A stretch of DNA of 64,000 bases, taken from Longimicrobiales bacterium. GTDB taxonomy: Bacteria > Gemmatimonadota > Gemmatimonadetes > Longimicrobiales > Gaopeijiaceae. The notes beneath the pieces were generated by a model. It was not told the DNA's origin. It saw only the letters and a list, made by a program, of their open reading frames with translations, and searched no databases. The stretch spans positions 32,001-96,000 of the forward strand of contig CBDFMQ010000001.1 of NCBI GenBank assembly GCA_965249725.1, in the 5' to 3' direction. Positions within the stretch are counted from its first letter, which is position 1, and every line of letters begins with the position of its first letter. A program made the translations under genes and the position numbers. Positions 50,239 to 60,021 of the stretch are shown piece by piece.

Positions 50239-50507
50239 CCGTCCGCCCATTTCTTACTGCGCTCTTCCAGCACAGCGATCTTCGTCTTGATCTCGCCGAT
50301 GTCGTGCTCCACGCCTCGGATCGCCGCTAGCACCTTCGTGTCAACCGCCTCGTGGCGGCGCACGCTCTCCTCGATCATCCGCATCCGCGCTTCCATGTCC
50401 TTCTGCCACTCGACGCCCGTCCGAATGAACCGCCAGTAGAAGCCGAACACGGCGGTAAGCAGCCCAACTCCGAACGCGATGTCCGCGAGCGTGATCGCCT
50501 CAGCCAT
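50235..50507 (-). CDS. Single-TM coiled-coil protein
   Basis: N-terminal TM plus heptad tail. Confidence 0.6.
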   Translation of the reverse strand: MAEAITLADIAFGVGLLTAVFGFYWRFIRTGVEWQKDMEARMRMIEESVRRHEAVDTKVLAAIRGVEHDIGEIKTKIAVLEERSKKWADG

Positions 50508-50530
50508 AAGGGAGCCGCCTCAGGGGCGCC

Positions 50531-51628
50531 TCACACACTGTCGATGTAGCGGATCGCGGAGGGCCGCTTCACATTCAGGCCGCTGATCTTGTACTCGATC
50601 GGCGAGCAGACCGTGTAGCCCTTGTTCAGCGTCGTGAGCACCCGCGGTGGGATCGACATCGCCATCTCCATCACTCGCCGATCGTTGACCGCGACGATCA
50701 TCCGGTCCGTGCTCGATGAGCCCGCGCTGTCCAGCTCGGCCAGCCACTTGAGCATCGGCATCTGGCCCGTGTAGCTGTACCAGGCGTTGTGCTTCTCGAA
50801 GTAGCTCCAGACGCTCTCGTTGATGTCCGTGAGCCGCGTGTGCGTCACGGCCGACGCCTGCTCGATCGGCAGGTAGATGCAGAGCCCGGAACGAAGCGTG
50901 CGCCCGAACACTTCCTTCGTGTCCGTGATGATCTTGAGCACCTCCGCCTGGAGGAACTTCACCATCTCGTCCGGCGTGAGCGCGCTGATCGTAGTGGAGG
51001 CATTCGTGCGCGAGACCTTGCCCGCGCCCGTCGTCCCCAGGTTCGTCAGCCCCTTGAACCCGCGCGATGCGTCGCCTTCGAGCCCGACCGTCTCGATATG
51101 GTCCATCGCGCCGCGTATTGCGGCCGTGACCGTCTCGGAGTCGAGCGCAACGCCGGTGAACATCGCGCGCCGCAGGTCCTCGATCGTCCACTCGGGCACG
51201 ATTCCCGCGTACTCCAGCGGATACGGCACGAGCCGCACGCCGGCATTTGCGCTGGGAGCCGAGTCGCCGTCGTTATCGATGAACCGGCCCAGTCCCGCAT
51301 GGTCGACCACCCGGTAGGCGTAGCTCGTCGCGCCTTCAGGCACGTCCGAGATAATCGGAATGAACTCGGGCAGCCGGTGCTCGGTGTACAGGATCTCGTC
51401 AATCGTCGACTGGATGGCCTGTAGGTTGTTCGTCAGGAACCCGAGTACCTGGGCCTCGCCCTCGAATGCACGGTGCGTTACTCCGCCCAGCGCCTGAAAG
51501 CTGTGCGCCTGCCGCCCGACCGCCTGCGCGCCCGCCGTTAGGTACTCGGTCACCGTCGCCTGGCCCGAACGCTGTTCCAGCTCGCGCAGGTGCCTGTAGT
51601 CGTTTTGTTCTCGACCGAAGATGTCCAT
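50531..51628 (-). CDS. Major capsid protein (DUF2184-like)
   Basis: G.G.FI, W...DL..A...G..LD, GL.N, P.AI.Y.D. Confidence 0.85.
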   Translation of the reverse strand: MDIFGREQNDYRHLRELEQRSGQATVTEYLTAGAQAVGRQAHSFQALGGVTHRAFEGEAQVLGFLTNNLQAIQSTIDEILYTEHRLPEFIPIISDVPEGATSYAYRVVDHAGLGRFIDNDGDSAPSANAGVRLVPYPLEYAGIVPEWTIEDLRRAMFTGVALDSETVTAAIRGAMDHIETVGLEGDASRGFKGLTNLGTTGAGKVSRTNASTTISALTPDEMVKFLQAEVLKIITDTKEVFGRTLRSGLCIYLPIEQASAVTHTRLTDINESVWSYFEKHNAWYSYTGQMPMLKWLAELDSAGSSSTDRMIVAVNDRRVMEMAMSIPPRVLTTLNKGYTVCSPIEYKISGLNVKRPSAIRYIDSV

Positions 51629-51642
51629 TTGGATCGCCTTGC

Positions 51643-52299
51643 TTAGTAGTTGAGACCCGCGAACCGAAGCTCGACCAGCCCGCCTTCCGCTGCACTCGAA
51701 ACCGCCACCGCTGGCGACTTCGGGAACGTCTTGGTGGCACCCCGCACGTAGGCGCTCACACCGTCGTTGAGGCCGGTGATCGCGCCCTGCACGTAGGTGC
51801 TCAAGCCCTCCGCATTCACGGTGCCGCTGTAGGCGGCGGGCTCCACCGCATCGAAGTCGGCGATTGCCCGGGCGTGCTTGATCCAGTCCTTGTCGGTGCC
51901 GTGATCGAACACGACCAAGTCGCCGAACTCCAGAGCCTCGCCGGCAACCGCGAAGAACGTCCCGAAGATCCCGATCTTCACGACCCGGCCGTGCTCGTAT
52001 TCGACCAGTGTGTCGGAGTTCGCGTCCGTGCCCGGAGCCGGCTTGGAACCCTGCACCGTGCCCGCGTCGTAGATCACGATCCCCTCGACGAGTAGCGACT
52101 GGTCAAGGCTCGTGGGGACCCGGAAGTCCTTGTTCGTCGTGTTGTAGTAGACGCCGTATCCCGGCTTCGGCTTCGTCCCGTTGGTCGGCACGCCGACCGG
52201 GCCCGTGACGAACTCCATCGGTGCCCCCGGCTTCGCCTTCGAGCCGGGCCAGCCGGCCTGCTGGTGTCTCCCATAGGAACTCTGGATCGGTGCGGCCAT
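51643..52299 (-). CDS. Head decoration/cement protein
   Basis: Position between protease and capsid; Q.SY.....G.PG. Confidence 0.65.
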   Translation of the reverse strand: MAAPIQSSYGRHQQAGWPGSKAKPGAPMEFVTGPVGVPTNGTKPKPGYGVYYNTTNKDFRVPTSLDQSLLVEGIVIYDAGTVQGSKPAPGTDANSDTLVEYEHGRVVKIGIFGTFFAVAGEALEFGDLVVFDHGTDKDWIKHARAIADFDAVEPAAYSGTVNAEGLSTYVQGAITGLNDGVSAYVRGATKTFPKSPAVAVSSAAEGGLVELRFAGLNY

Positions 52300-52306
52300 G
52301 GGTCTT

Positions 52307-53356
52307 CTAGCTCCTCTGTGTCACGCTGTCGCGTTGCGCGATCAGGCTCATGATGGTCGGGCGCTGGTACTGTACCGGACCGCGAGATGCGGATGCGACC
52401 TGCGGCTCATTGCTGGGGGCCTGCGAGCGCGCCGAGATCACCGTGTCCAACACGCCCCGTAGGTAGGACTCGTCGCCGCGGTGGCCTTCGGGTACCCGGT
52501 CGCCGACCGCAGCTTGCAGGATCTCTAGGTCGCTTGCCGTGCTGAAATCCTTGTCCGGTACCAGCCGCTGAGCAGCGACCAACAGTTCGGCCCGCTTCTG
52601 CGCTGCGGCACGTACTTGCTCCACGTCGCTCGACTGGCCGGCCGCGCCAGATGGCGGGTCCGTGGTCCCGATTGGCCCCGCCGGACTTTGTCCGATTGGC
52701 CCCGCCGGGCTTTGCCCGATTGGCCCCGCCGGGCCTCTATGGCCGGTCGACCCGATTGGCCCCGCCGGGCTCGGTTCCTCCTCCTCTAGCAAGGCTTCGC
52801 CCTCACCGAGCGGGGCTGCGTCCCCGCCAAGCACGCCCTCTTCTACGACAATCTTCCCGCTTGGAGCGGCTTGGTGGTTCGCCGCTGGCTGCTGAGACTT
52901 GTAGGACACGGCCTCCTCCTTCAGTAAGTGCTCCAGCATCGCGCCGTGCGAAGCGCGCAGCGCCTCCGGGTCCCTCGGTATGCTCACCAGCGACCATTCC
53001 ATGAGCGTCGGAGTTCCGTCCTTCTCGTACTTCCAGCCAGCCGATGCGGCACCCAGGAACCCTCGGTCCCATGCGTTCTTCACACGGTCCGCTAGATCGT
53101 CGCCGGGTAGGAACTCGAATTCCGCTACCAGGCCTTCCGGGGCCATCTCCAGACGTGCCGTGCGGCCGATCGGGAGACCCTCGTACTGATCGTGCTGCCA
53201 CAGCACCACCGGGTTCGCCAGATAGCGGTCCGTCTTCAGCTGGGCCAGGTCCAGCGCCGGCATCCCCTCGTCGTTGCGCGCCGAGACCACGACCCGGTAG
53301 CCATCGCCTTCTTCGGCCGCCGTCCTGTCCGTTACCAACAGATGGGTGCGATGCAT
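52307..53356 (-). CDS. Prohead protease-scaffold fusion
   Basis: Y..NPVVLWQHD..PIG, G.L...S.G, L.EWSLV.IP. Confidence 0.8.
   Translation of the reverse strand: MHRTHLLVTDRTAAEEGDGYRVVVSARNDEGMPALDLAQLKTDRYLANPVVLWQHDQYEGLPIGRTARLEMAPEGLVAEFEFLPGDDLADRVKNAWDRGFLGAASAGWKYEKDGTPTLMEWSLVSIPRDPEALRASHGAMLEHLLKEEAVSYKSQQPAANHQAAPSGKIVVEEGVLGGDAAPLGEGEALLEEEEPSPAGPIGSTGHRGPAGPIGQSPAGPIGQSPAGPIGTTDPPSGAAGQSSDVEQVRAAAQKRAELLVAAQRLVPDKDFSTASDLEILQAAVGDRVPEGHRGDESYLRGVLDTVISARSQAPSNEPQVASASRGPVQYQRPTIMSLIAQRDSVTQRS
52668..52768. repeat. Four copies of CCGATTGGCCCCGCCGG (PAGPIG) in the protease linker
   Basis: Copies at 52668, 52692, 52716, 52752. Confidence 0.9.
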
Positions 53357-53438
53357 ACTGTATATTGTGGTATGAAACAGATAATGTACAGTCTTAGTAC
53401 TGTATATAGTATGTGGACATGTCAAGAGAGGGAAGGGA
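53357..53438. promoter_or_regulatory. AT-rich divergent control region (head/tail operon vs lysis)
   Basis: TACTGTATAT x2, TACAGT-N6-ACTGTA dyad, minus-strand TTGACA at 53420-53425. Confidence 0.6.
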
Positions 53439-53771
53439 ATGTCCCGGGATTCCAGAGGGTTCTTCCGCGATGAGCGTGGTGCGAGGAGTGCTGCACGGGT
53501 ACTGCTCATGACGGTCGTCGCCTACACGCTGATCCTCATTCTCGGCGATGCGCTGGGCTGGCTGGCCGTCGGCACCGACGCCTACACGCTGCTCGGCGGG
53601 CTCGTGACGATTCTCGGCGCCTGGGCCGGTGGGCCGCGCGCCATGCAGTACCTCGGTCCGCAGGTGGGCGCGGTGCTCTCGCGGGTCGGTGGCAGACGTC
53701 GCGGCTACTCAGGGCCCGAGGTGTCCGTGCGCGTGGGAGACGATCCGGCGACGGACGATGAACGCGGCTGA
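53439..53771 (+). CDS. Holin-like 2-TM protein
   Basis: Two TMs, charged tail, precedes the endolysin. Confidence 0.65.
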   Translation: MSRDSRGFFRDERGARSAARVLLMTVVAYTLILILGDALGWLAVGTDAYTLLGGLVTILGAWAGGPRAMQYLGPQVGAVLSRVGGRRRGYSGPEVSVRVGDDPATDDERG

Positions 53772-54324
53772 ACTCGCGCTCTCCTTCACGCCCAGCGTGA
53801 TCGAGCTCCGTCCCAAGGCCCACGCTTGGAACGATCGGCTCAGGGAAACCCGCCGTGGCGTCATGCTCCACTACGACGCTTCGCGTTCGGACGCCGGAGC
53901 GGTAGCGTGGCTCTCCTCACCCGAGATCAGGGCGTCCTACAACCTCATCGTCTACGACGACGGGTCGTGGGCCACGATTGCGCCGCTTTCCGCCCGTGCG
54001 TGGCATGCCGGGAAGTGCCGGCCGTCGGAGGGCGTCGTGGCCTACGAGGACGCGAACTCCGCGTTCTACGGCGTCGCCATCCTGAACTCCGGGCGCGAGG
54101 ACGTGACACCGCGTCAGATGCTCACGACCGCTTGGCTCACCCACCGCCTCTTCACCAGGCACGGTTGGCCCCTCAGCGAGGCATGGCGTCTGACCACGCA
54201 CTCCGCCGAGGCGTGGCCACGTGGCCGCAAGATCGACCCCGAAGGACCCGATCCAGCGAACCCGATACTCAGCCGGGCCGACATCCTCGATCTGCTGCCC
54301 ATCGTGCACGGGCCGCCGCTGTGA
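53758..54324 (+). CDS. Endolysin, N-acetylmuramoyl-L-alanine amidase (Amidase_2)
   Basis: MLHY, AWHAG, N...GVAI, TTHS..GRKIDP. Confidence 0.85.
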   Translation: MNAAELALSFTPSVIELRPKAHAWNDRLRETRRGVMLHYDASRSDAGAVAWLSSPEIRASYNLIVYDDGSWATIAPLSARAWHAGKCRPSEGVVAYEDANSAFYGVAILNSGREDVTPRQMLTTAWLTHRLFTRHGWPLSEAWRLTTHSAEAWPRGRKIDPEGPDPANPILSRADILDLLPIVHGPPL

Positions 54325-54965
54325 GCCTCTTGCTCCGCTACCCGCGTGAGATCGCCGTCCTCGCGCTCGGCGCGCTGGCCTTCGCCGCGTTCTGGGGCTG
54401 GGTCGGTGAGCGGGAACGGGCGGCGGCTGCTCAGGCACGAGCCGAGATCGTTCAGCAGCGCCTCGACGCCTCCCTGGACTCGCTTGACATCGAACGCGTT
54501 CGCAGGGCCAGCGCCGACTCCCTGGCCGCCCGGAACCTGCGCGAACTGGTTGACGAGCGTGCCGAGAACGAGAGAGCCGAGCGGGCGGCTGAGGATGCTG
54601 TGCGATTGGCCGAACAGAACGTCGCCATTACCCTGGACAGCATCCGGGACAATGCTACGCCCGAAATCCGCGACGTCGTGAACAGGCTTGACGTTCAACT
54701 AGACCAGGAACGGACAGCCAGCCGCACACTCGTCCGGTCGCTACGCTCACAGCTCGCGGTCGCTGATTCCACTGCCTGGCTCTGGCAGACTCGCTACGTC
54801 GCCGCCGAAAGGGTCATCGCCACCCAGGACCAGGTGATCCAGGACTACGAGGCTCGCCTACGGGTCGAGCTACAGCGCAACGACACGAGCTGGTCGGGCC
54901 CTCTCGTCAGTGCGGTGAAGTACGCGGGCGTGTTCGCGGCGGGCTATGCGCTGGCGAGCCGGTGA
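54321..54965 (+). CDS. Spanin-like TM/coiled-coil lysis protein
   Basis: N-terminal TM, long coiled coil, hydrophobic C-terminus. Confidence 0.55.
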   Translation: MSLLLRYPREIAVLALGALAFAAFWGWVGERERAAAAQARAEIVQQRLDASLDSLDIERVRRASADSLAARNLRELVDERAENERAERAAEDAVRLAEQNVAITLDSIRDNATPEIRDVVNRLDVQLDQERTASRTLVRSLRSQLAVADSTAWLWQTRYVAAERVIATQDQVIQDYEARLRVELQRNDTSWSGPLVSAVKYAGVFAAGYALASR

Positions 54966-55009
54966 AGACGTGATCTCGGGCCCTAACTTTCCTCCGGCAA
55001 TGGGGCAGG

Positions 55010-55333
55010 TTATCCAACGATCTCCTTGAGCCGCTTCCCCACGAAGCTGTTCATGGACGTCCTGTGCGCCGCTGCTGCGGTGGCGAGCTGGCGGTGCAGT
55101 AGCGGGTCAACACGAATCTGGAACTGCCCCGAGTAGGGCTTGTCGGGGTCGGTACCGTCTTCCTCGCACATCTCGAAGTAGAGGTCCACGGCCTGGTGCA
55201 TCGAGTCCTCGAGCTCGTCGACCGTTCGACCCTCGAAGCCGATGATGTCACGCAGTCCGACCACTTCCCCGTAGAACATCCGATCCGTGCCGCTGAACTC
55301 AACGACCCCCGTATAGCCCTTGTACTCGATCAT
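55010..55333 (-). CDS. hicB: HicB antitoxin
   Basis: YKGY, F.G..V.EL...AVD.Y..C, PDKPYSG.F..R. Confidence 0.93.
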   Translation of the reverse strand: MIEYKGYTGVVEFSGTDRMFYGEVVGLRDIIGFEGRTVDELEDSMHQAVDLYFEMCEEDGTDPDKPYSGQFQIRVDPLLHRQLATAAAAHRTSMNSFVGKRLKEIVG

Positions 55334-55581
55334 GGTGTCACCTCCTGATCCTCAAGCAATCTGCGCACCCTCTTCACCAAACCCTCGCCTGCGTTGTTCC
55401 GACCATGCGGTCTGTGGTAGGCGAGCTTCTGTCCGCCCATCGAGATTTTCATGCCCTTGCCGCTTGGTGTGATGGTGGCCCCACAGGCCAGAAGAAGAGA
55501 CTCGATGTCCTGCCACTTGATATTGCCGTTGGTCGGCTTTGCGTAGATCGCGGCGAGCGTCTTGAAGTGTTTCTTTTTCAC
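55330..55581 (-). CDS. hicA: HicA toxin
   Basis: NIKW.DIESLL...G, HRPH. Confidence 0.9.
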   Translation of the reverse strand: MKKKHFKTLAAIYAKPTNGNIKWQDIESLLLACGATITPSGKGMKISMGGQKLAYHRPHGRNNAGEGLVKRVRRLLEDQEVTP

Positions 55582-55632
55582 GGTACCAATTTAACTATGT
55601 TATAGTACCATGTCAACCATTTAGTGATACTA
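55582..55632 (-). promoter_or_regulatory. hicAB promoter/operator
   Basis: TTGACA-17-TAAATT with GGTAC(T/C) half-sites. Confidence 0.65.
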
Positions 55633-55708
55633 TTTCCCTCACAGTGTCTTGCCCGTCCACATGACCTGACCGCGTCGCCGGCGCTGTCAGAACACTGCTA
55701 GAGCTTCC

Positions 55709-56434
55709 TCAGTCGAAGACGGCCTCGGCTACGCAGCGGCACATGACATCGTTACCGGGATGTCCGGTATCGGCTGGGGGGCTGTCCCACCGAAAGACGC
55801 GCCCGGAGTTGGACTGATGGGTGGGCCGGACGCGCTCATCGCCGCTCGTGGACCAACGATAGCGCTCGACCCCCATCTCGCGTTGACGCAGCTCGGTAAG
55901 CGCGCCGATCGCCTTGGTGGTCTGGTCGCGTGCGATCACCCGAGCGTTCCAAGCCGCATCCTTCCCGACTCCGCGTACGAGTGCTTCGAGGGCCCGGCGG
56001 TCAAACGGCTCGCGTGCCAGGTGTACGGCATGGATCTTCTTGCGCAGCGACTCGACGGTGCGTGGCGGAAGGCTGCGTATGAGGCGCACGTTTTCGTCGA
56101 TTCGGCTACGCCAGTCCATCGGCGGCAGTTCGGACAACCGTGGGGTCATCCGCGTCGCTGCCCGCCAGGCCCGAAGCGTACGGTTTCGATGCCAGCCATT
56201 CAGGGCCGCGAAGTACTGCTCGATTCGCCGAACGGGCGCGTCGGGGTCCGGCGTCTCGGCTGCGACGTGTAGGGGGCGCTGTGTCTCGGTGATCGCTTCG
56301 GGCCACGAGCCGACCCCACGCATCCGGGCCCTGATCCGCTCCATTAGAGGGTCGGTAACGGATCGACGTATGAGCTTTTCATAGGCCATCATGTCGGCGA
56401 GCCGCGCGTGGATCGGAGCCGGACTACGGGGCAC
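55709..56434 (-). CDS. Minor head protein (Mu gpF/SPP1 gp7-like)
   Basis: IARDQT.K, Y.W.T.GDERVR..H, PG....CRC. Confidence 0.88.
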   Translation of the reverse strand: MPRSPAPIHARLADMMAYEKLIRRSVTDPLMERIRARMRGVGSWPEAITETQRPLHVAAETPDPDAPVRRIEQYFAALNGWHRNRTLRAWRAATRMTPRLSELPPMDWRSRIDENVRLIRSLPPRTVESLRKKIHAVHLAREPFDRRALEALVRGVGKDAAWNARVIARDQTTKAIGALTELRQREMGVERYRWSTSGDERVRPTHQSNSGRVFRWDSPPADTGHPGNDVMCRCVAEAVFD

Positions 56435-56454
56435 CGTCTACCTCTCCGGTCGGT

Positions 56455-57837
56455 TCAACCGAGGGGTTCCGTCTCACGCTCACGCGGCAGCGTGATGTCG
56501 GGCCACTCCTCAAGTTCACCGAACAACTCGTCACCATCGAGCGCGGCCCGAGCCTCGTTCTCGTCGATCACCTGCGCATCGACCGCGACCTTCACCGCCT
56601 CAGCTCGCGCCTTCGATACAACCGCCCGTTCCTCGTCCGAAGCGTCGATGATCGAGGGCCAGGAGTACGGCAGCCGCTCGGCCAACCCTGCGGAACGCGC
56701 CAACACCATGTCGAGCGTACGCAGCGGTTCGGTGAGCAGCCGCTTTTGCTGGGCGGCGACATTGGATGCGTAGTTCTTCATGTCGCTCTCGCCGGTAGCG
56801 TTCATCCCCACCGGTGACTGGCCCCAGAACCGGGTCGCCGGGATGTCGGCCGCAGCCGCTAGGCGACGCGCGAATCGGTCCATGAGATCCGGCAACCCCG
56901 ACCAGGTCACGTTCACACGCTCGAACTCGTCGCCGGAATCGAGGAACATCGTGCGGTAAAGCGACTTGAACGTGTTGATCTCCTCGCCCATCTGGGCGGG
57001 CGTGGGGTCGTCGGGCTCGCCGCCACCCGCCATCGCTTCCCGCAGCCCCATGAGTTTGAGCACCGGGATCGACGCTTCGCTCGTCAGGTGGCTCGCCCCG
57101 GATGCGACGGCCTGATCCTGCAGCAGCGAGAGCAGCACGGGGATCACGCACGAGACGCCCCACTCGCGCTGATAGACGGTGTAGCCGGAAGCGGACAGGG
57201 GCGTCAGGCCATCGAACCGCAGCACCCGCGACGCGTGCACGTGGAACGGACGGCCCAGGGCCGGGGACATGTGGTACTCAAGCGTCTGCCCGTAGGTCGG
57301 CGAGTATGGGTTCTCGTCCCACGCGAAGCGGATCGCGTCGTGGCGGTCGAGCGGCAGCAGGTGGATCAGGTCACCCGGTCGCACTGCCTCCGGATCGAGC
57401 GGTTCCGACAGTTCGGCCTCGCGCGTGACCATGACGAGCAGGCCCGTGCCGTAGAGCCGCCCAGCCTTCATGGCGCGCGTGAGCCTGGGCACGACCTGAT
57501 ACTCGGCCTCAGCCTCCTTCATCGCCTCGACCTGGCCCGCGTCCTCGCCCTCGAAGCTGCGCCAGCGGATCGTCATGTCGTCGATCGGAATGTCGATGAA
57601 CTTCCGGCATGCCCACGACTCCACATAGATCGTTTCCAACTGCTGGCGGCTCTGTAGATACGTCGGCTGAAAGAACCCCGCATCGCTCTTGTCCGTGTGT
57701 CCGCCTGCGCCCGAGAGCGGGTTGCGGTAGCCGCCATGCGTGAGCGCTGGCCCGCTCCCGTAGGTACCGAACCCGGCGGTGCGCGCTGGCTTGCCCTGTG
57801 CATTCAGGATCACTGGTCGTTTCATTTCGCTCTTCAT
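56455..57837 (-). CDS. Portal protein (DUF1073-like)
   Basis: Follows terL; RLYG, HASRVL.F, DIP.TR..G.SP.G.NATG.SD..NY. Confidence 0.88.
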   Translation of the reverse strand: MKSEMKRPVILNAQGKPARTAGFGTYGSGPALTHGGYRNPLSGAGGHTDKSDAGFFQPTYLQSRQQLETIYVESWACRKFIDIPIDDMTIRWRSFEGEDAGQVEAMKEAEAEYQVVPRLTRAMKAGRLYGTGLLVMVTREAELSEPLDPEAVRPGDLIHLLPLDRHDAIRFAWDENPYSPTYGQTLEYHMSPALGRPFHVHASRVLRFDGLTPLSASGYTVYQREWGVSCVIPVLLSLLQDQAVASGASHLTSEASIPVLKLMGLREAMAGGGEPDDPTPAQMGEEINTFKSLYRTMFLDSGDEFERVNVTWSGLPDLMDRFARRLAAAADIPATRFWGQSPVGMNATGESDMKNYASNVAAQQKRLLTEPLRTLDMVLARSAGLAERLPYSWPSIIDASDEERAVVSKARAEAVKVAVDAQVIDENEARAALDGDELFGELEEWPDITLPRERETEPLG

Positions 57838-59192
57838 CTCAACCTCAGTCCGTATCGTGAATCGACCCCAAATGCCAATATCGCAGCATCATAGAGGTCG
57901 GGTGAAGGCGCGCCGTCCGGGCACTTCTCGATCTTCACGCGCCCGCTCGCGTCTTCTTCCCACTCCGGCTGGCCGAGTTCCGCGAGAAAGGATTCCAGCC
58001 TTGGGATCTTCGGATCGATGAACAGGCAGTACTCGGGGTTCACGTCCTCGCCGTCCATGAACCGCCGGGTCATCATCGCCCGCAGCCGGAGCGCCCAAGC
58101 GAGCTGGGCGTTACGCCTGGAGAAGAAGTCGGCGTTGGTCGCGCCTCGCGAGTACTGCGTTTTCTCGCCCGTGACCTTGCCGCCGAAGTTTACCGGCCGC
58201 GCGCTGTACGGCCTCTGCCCCATGTCGCGCAGATGAGAGCGCACGCCCGCACCCACGCCGCCAGCGTCGTAGTGCAGCACCGACGCCCCATGCTCGCGGC
58301 ACCATCGGTCCGCACGACGCGCCGTGTCGCCGAGCGAGCTGCCGTGCCAAGATTCCACATGGAGCATGCACGGGCCTTGGCGAGCGACCAGCGCGTTCAA
58401 GTCCGCGCCGGTATCGGCCACGTCCAGGCCGGCGTGGAGCATCCCCTTCGTATCGCCGCGCCGATCCCATGCGTCCACACAGGCTTGTAGCATCGCGTAG
58501 GGCAGCACCTTCCGGGCGTCACCTTCGTCGTCGCACTCCCCGAGCCAGATATGCGCGTAGCGATCCGGCTCGTCGCGCTGGCAGATGAGCCGTTCGGCCT
58601 CCAGTTCGGCAGGAAACCACGGGTTGTCCGCGTGGTTGACCTTGAGCACGACCGCGTTCTCGAGCCGTCCCGACGACGCGCAGAAGTCACGCCACACCGG
58701 GTCGCTACGGTAGCGCGGGTTGAACGTGAACCACAGCTCTGAGCCGGGCTTGCGAATCGTCGGGTACAGGATCTCCCGGCTCCGCTGGCTCATGCGCTGC
58801 GCCTCCTCGACCCAGACCGCGTCTACCGCCTCCCAGCCGCGAATCGCTTCCTCTGTGCTCGTGCTCATGCCACGGAAGAAAAACAGCGACCCGTTGCGAC
58901 CTCGGATGTAGTCGCGCTGGACCTCGAAGTGGGCCCCTAGCCCCAAGCGCCCGATACTGTCCTCGATCGTGCGCTTCGCCGACTCATGGATCGACTTCTG
59001 GTACTCGCGTACACACGCCACCCGAAGCGGGCGCTCCGCCGCGCGGAGCACCAGCAGCGTCGCGGTCGTCCACGTCTTACCCGACCCGCGTCCGCCGTAG
59101 AGCACCTTGTAGCGCGCCGGCCTAGTGAGCGGCTTCGCCCAGGCGGGCAGCTGCGCCCGGGCTGGCCGGTCGAGGACAGTGGAGAGGGTCAT
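57834..59192 (-). CDS. Terminase large subunit (PBSX-like)
   Basis: GGRGSGKT, WVEEAQ, PTIRKPGSE.W..FNP, GLDVAD, SPDL.DA. Confidence 0.95.
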   Translation of the reverse strand: MTLSTVLDRPARAQLPAWAKPLTRPARYKVLYGGRGSGKTWTTATLLVLRAAERPLRVACVREYQKSIHESAKRTIEDSIGRLGLGAHFEVQRDYIRGRNGSLFFFRGMSTSTEEAIRGWEAVDAVWVEEAQRMSQRSREILYPTIRKPGSELWFTFNPRYRSDPVWRDFCASSGRLENAVVLKVNHADNPWFPAELEAERLICQRDEPDRYAHIWLGECDDEGDARKVLPYAMLQACVDAWDRRGDTKGMLHAGLDVADTGADLNALVARQGPCMLHVESWHGSSLGDTARRADRWCREHGASVLHYDAGGVGAGVRSHLRDMGQRPYSARPVNFGGKVTGEKTQYSRGATNADFFSRRNAQLAWALRLRAMMTRRFMDGEDVNPEYCLFIDPKIPRLESFLAELGQPEWEEDASGRVKIEKCPDGAPSPDLYDAAILAFGVDSRYGLRLR

Positions 59193-59216
59193 GCCTGAGC
59201 GAGGCCGCGCCGGAGC

Positions 59217-59585
59217 TCAGTCCGCATCGTCCCCCCCATCGGCCCCGTGCCACTCAACCTCCAGCTTCACCGGTTCCGATTGCACTGCCCCGCTGTGCTC
59301 CAGCGCCACCTTGTCACCGTAGACTTGGGGCCGGCGGCGTGACAGGAACCAGCGGGCCGTCTGCATGTCGCCCTTGAGACTCGCAGTGATTACCGCCAGC
59401 TCAATGCTGTCCAACGCCGTCTCGATCGCCGTGTTCCACCCTGCGTGGAACGCCTCCGACTCAGCGCGCCGCACGTAGACCGTCGTCCGCCCCACACCGG
59501 CGACTCGGCACGCCTCACTGACGTTCGCGAACTTGGCCAACGAGGCCAGGAACGCTTTTTCCCACTTACGCGCGCGCGTAGGCAT
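59217..59585 (-). CDS. Terminase small subunit
   Basis: FL..L....NVSEAC..AGV.R.TVY; W.L.RR.P..YG. Confidence 0.75.
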   Translation of the reverse strand: MPTRARKWEKAFLASLAKFANVSEACRVAGVGRTTVYVRRAESEAFHAGWNTAIETALDSIELAVITASLKGDMQTARWFLSRRRPQVYGDKVALEHSGAVQSEPVKLEVEWHGADGGDDAD

Positions 59586-59650
59586 TGTTCACATCTGTTC
59601 CGTTTTTCCGCCCGCGTACTGCTCCCAGCGGTTGCGGATGGGTCCATTGC

Positions 59651-60019
59651 TCATGGTGCCGCGTAGTCCACCGAGCCCGACATAGGCCCCTCGCCCGCTT
59701 CGTTGACGGCCCGTATCTGGTAGCGGTACCTGGTGCCGGAGATAATCGCGTCCCTCGTGTGGTCGTAGCTCGTGGTCGTGGCGTCCGAGTCCGGCACGTC
59801 TATCCAGGCGGAGAACGTGGTGAAGCCGCCACCACCGCTCGGCCGGCTCCGGTGCCGGAACTGGTACCTGGTGATCGAAGAGTCGCCGGGGTCGGTCCAG
59901 CTAAGGGCGAGTACCAGGCCGGAGCGGCTGACGCTGAATCCGGTGGACTGCGCTGGCTTGTTGACACGGGCTAAAAGACCGACCTCAACCAACTCCTCCA
60001 CCGGCCCGAGGATGGGCAT
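59651..60019 (-). CDS. Stand-alone fibronectin type III domain protein
   Basis: LSW.DP.D.SITRYQ.R...W, GTRY.YQIRAVN..G.G..S. Confidence 0.85.
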   Translation of the reverse strand: MPILGPVEELVEVGLLARVNKPAQSTGFSVSRSGLVLALSWTDPGDSSITRYQFRHRSRPSGGGGFTTFSAWIDVPDSDATTTSYDHTRDAIISGTRYRYQIRAVNEAGEGPMSGSVDYAAP

Positions 60020-60021
60020 GG

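Noticed and set aside
52668..52768. Mini-CRISPR array
   Set aside because: 17-bp cores with 7-19 bp gaps, all in frame within a coding linker.
53357..53410. E. coli-type LexA box
   Set aside because: Only half-sites (TACTGTATAT); no CTGT-N8-ACAG arrangement.
56455..57837. Anti-CBASS Acb1 label sometimes attached to this family
   Set aside because: Position after terL and the motifs indicate a portal; no paired HxT phosphodiesterase motifs seen.
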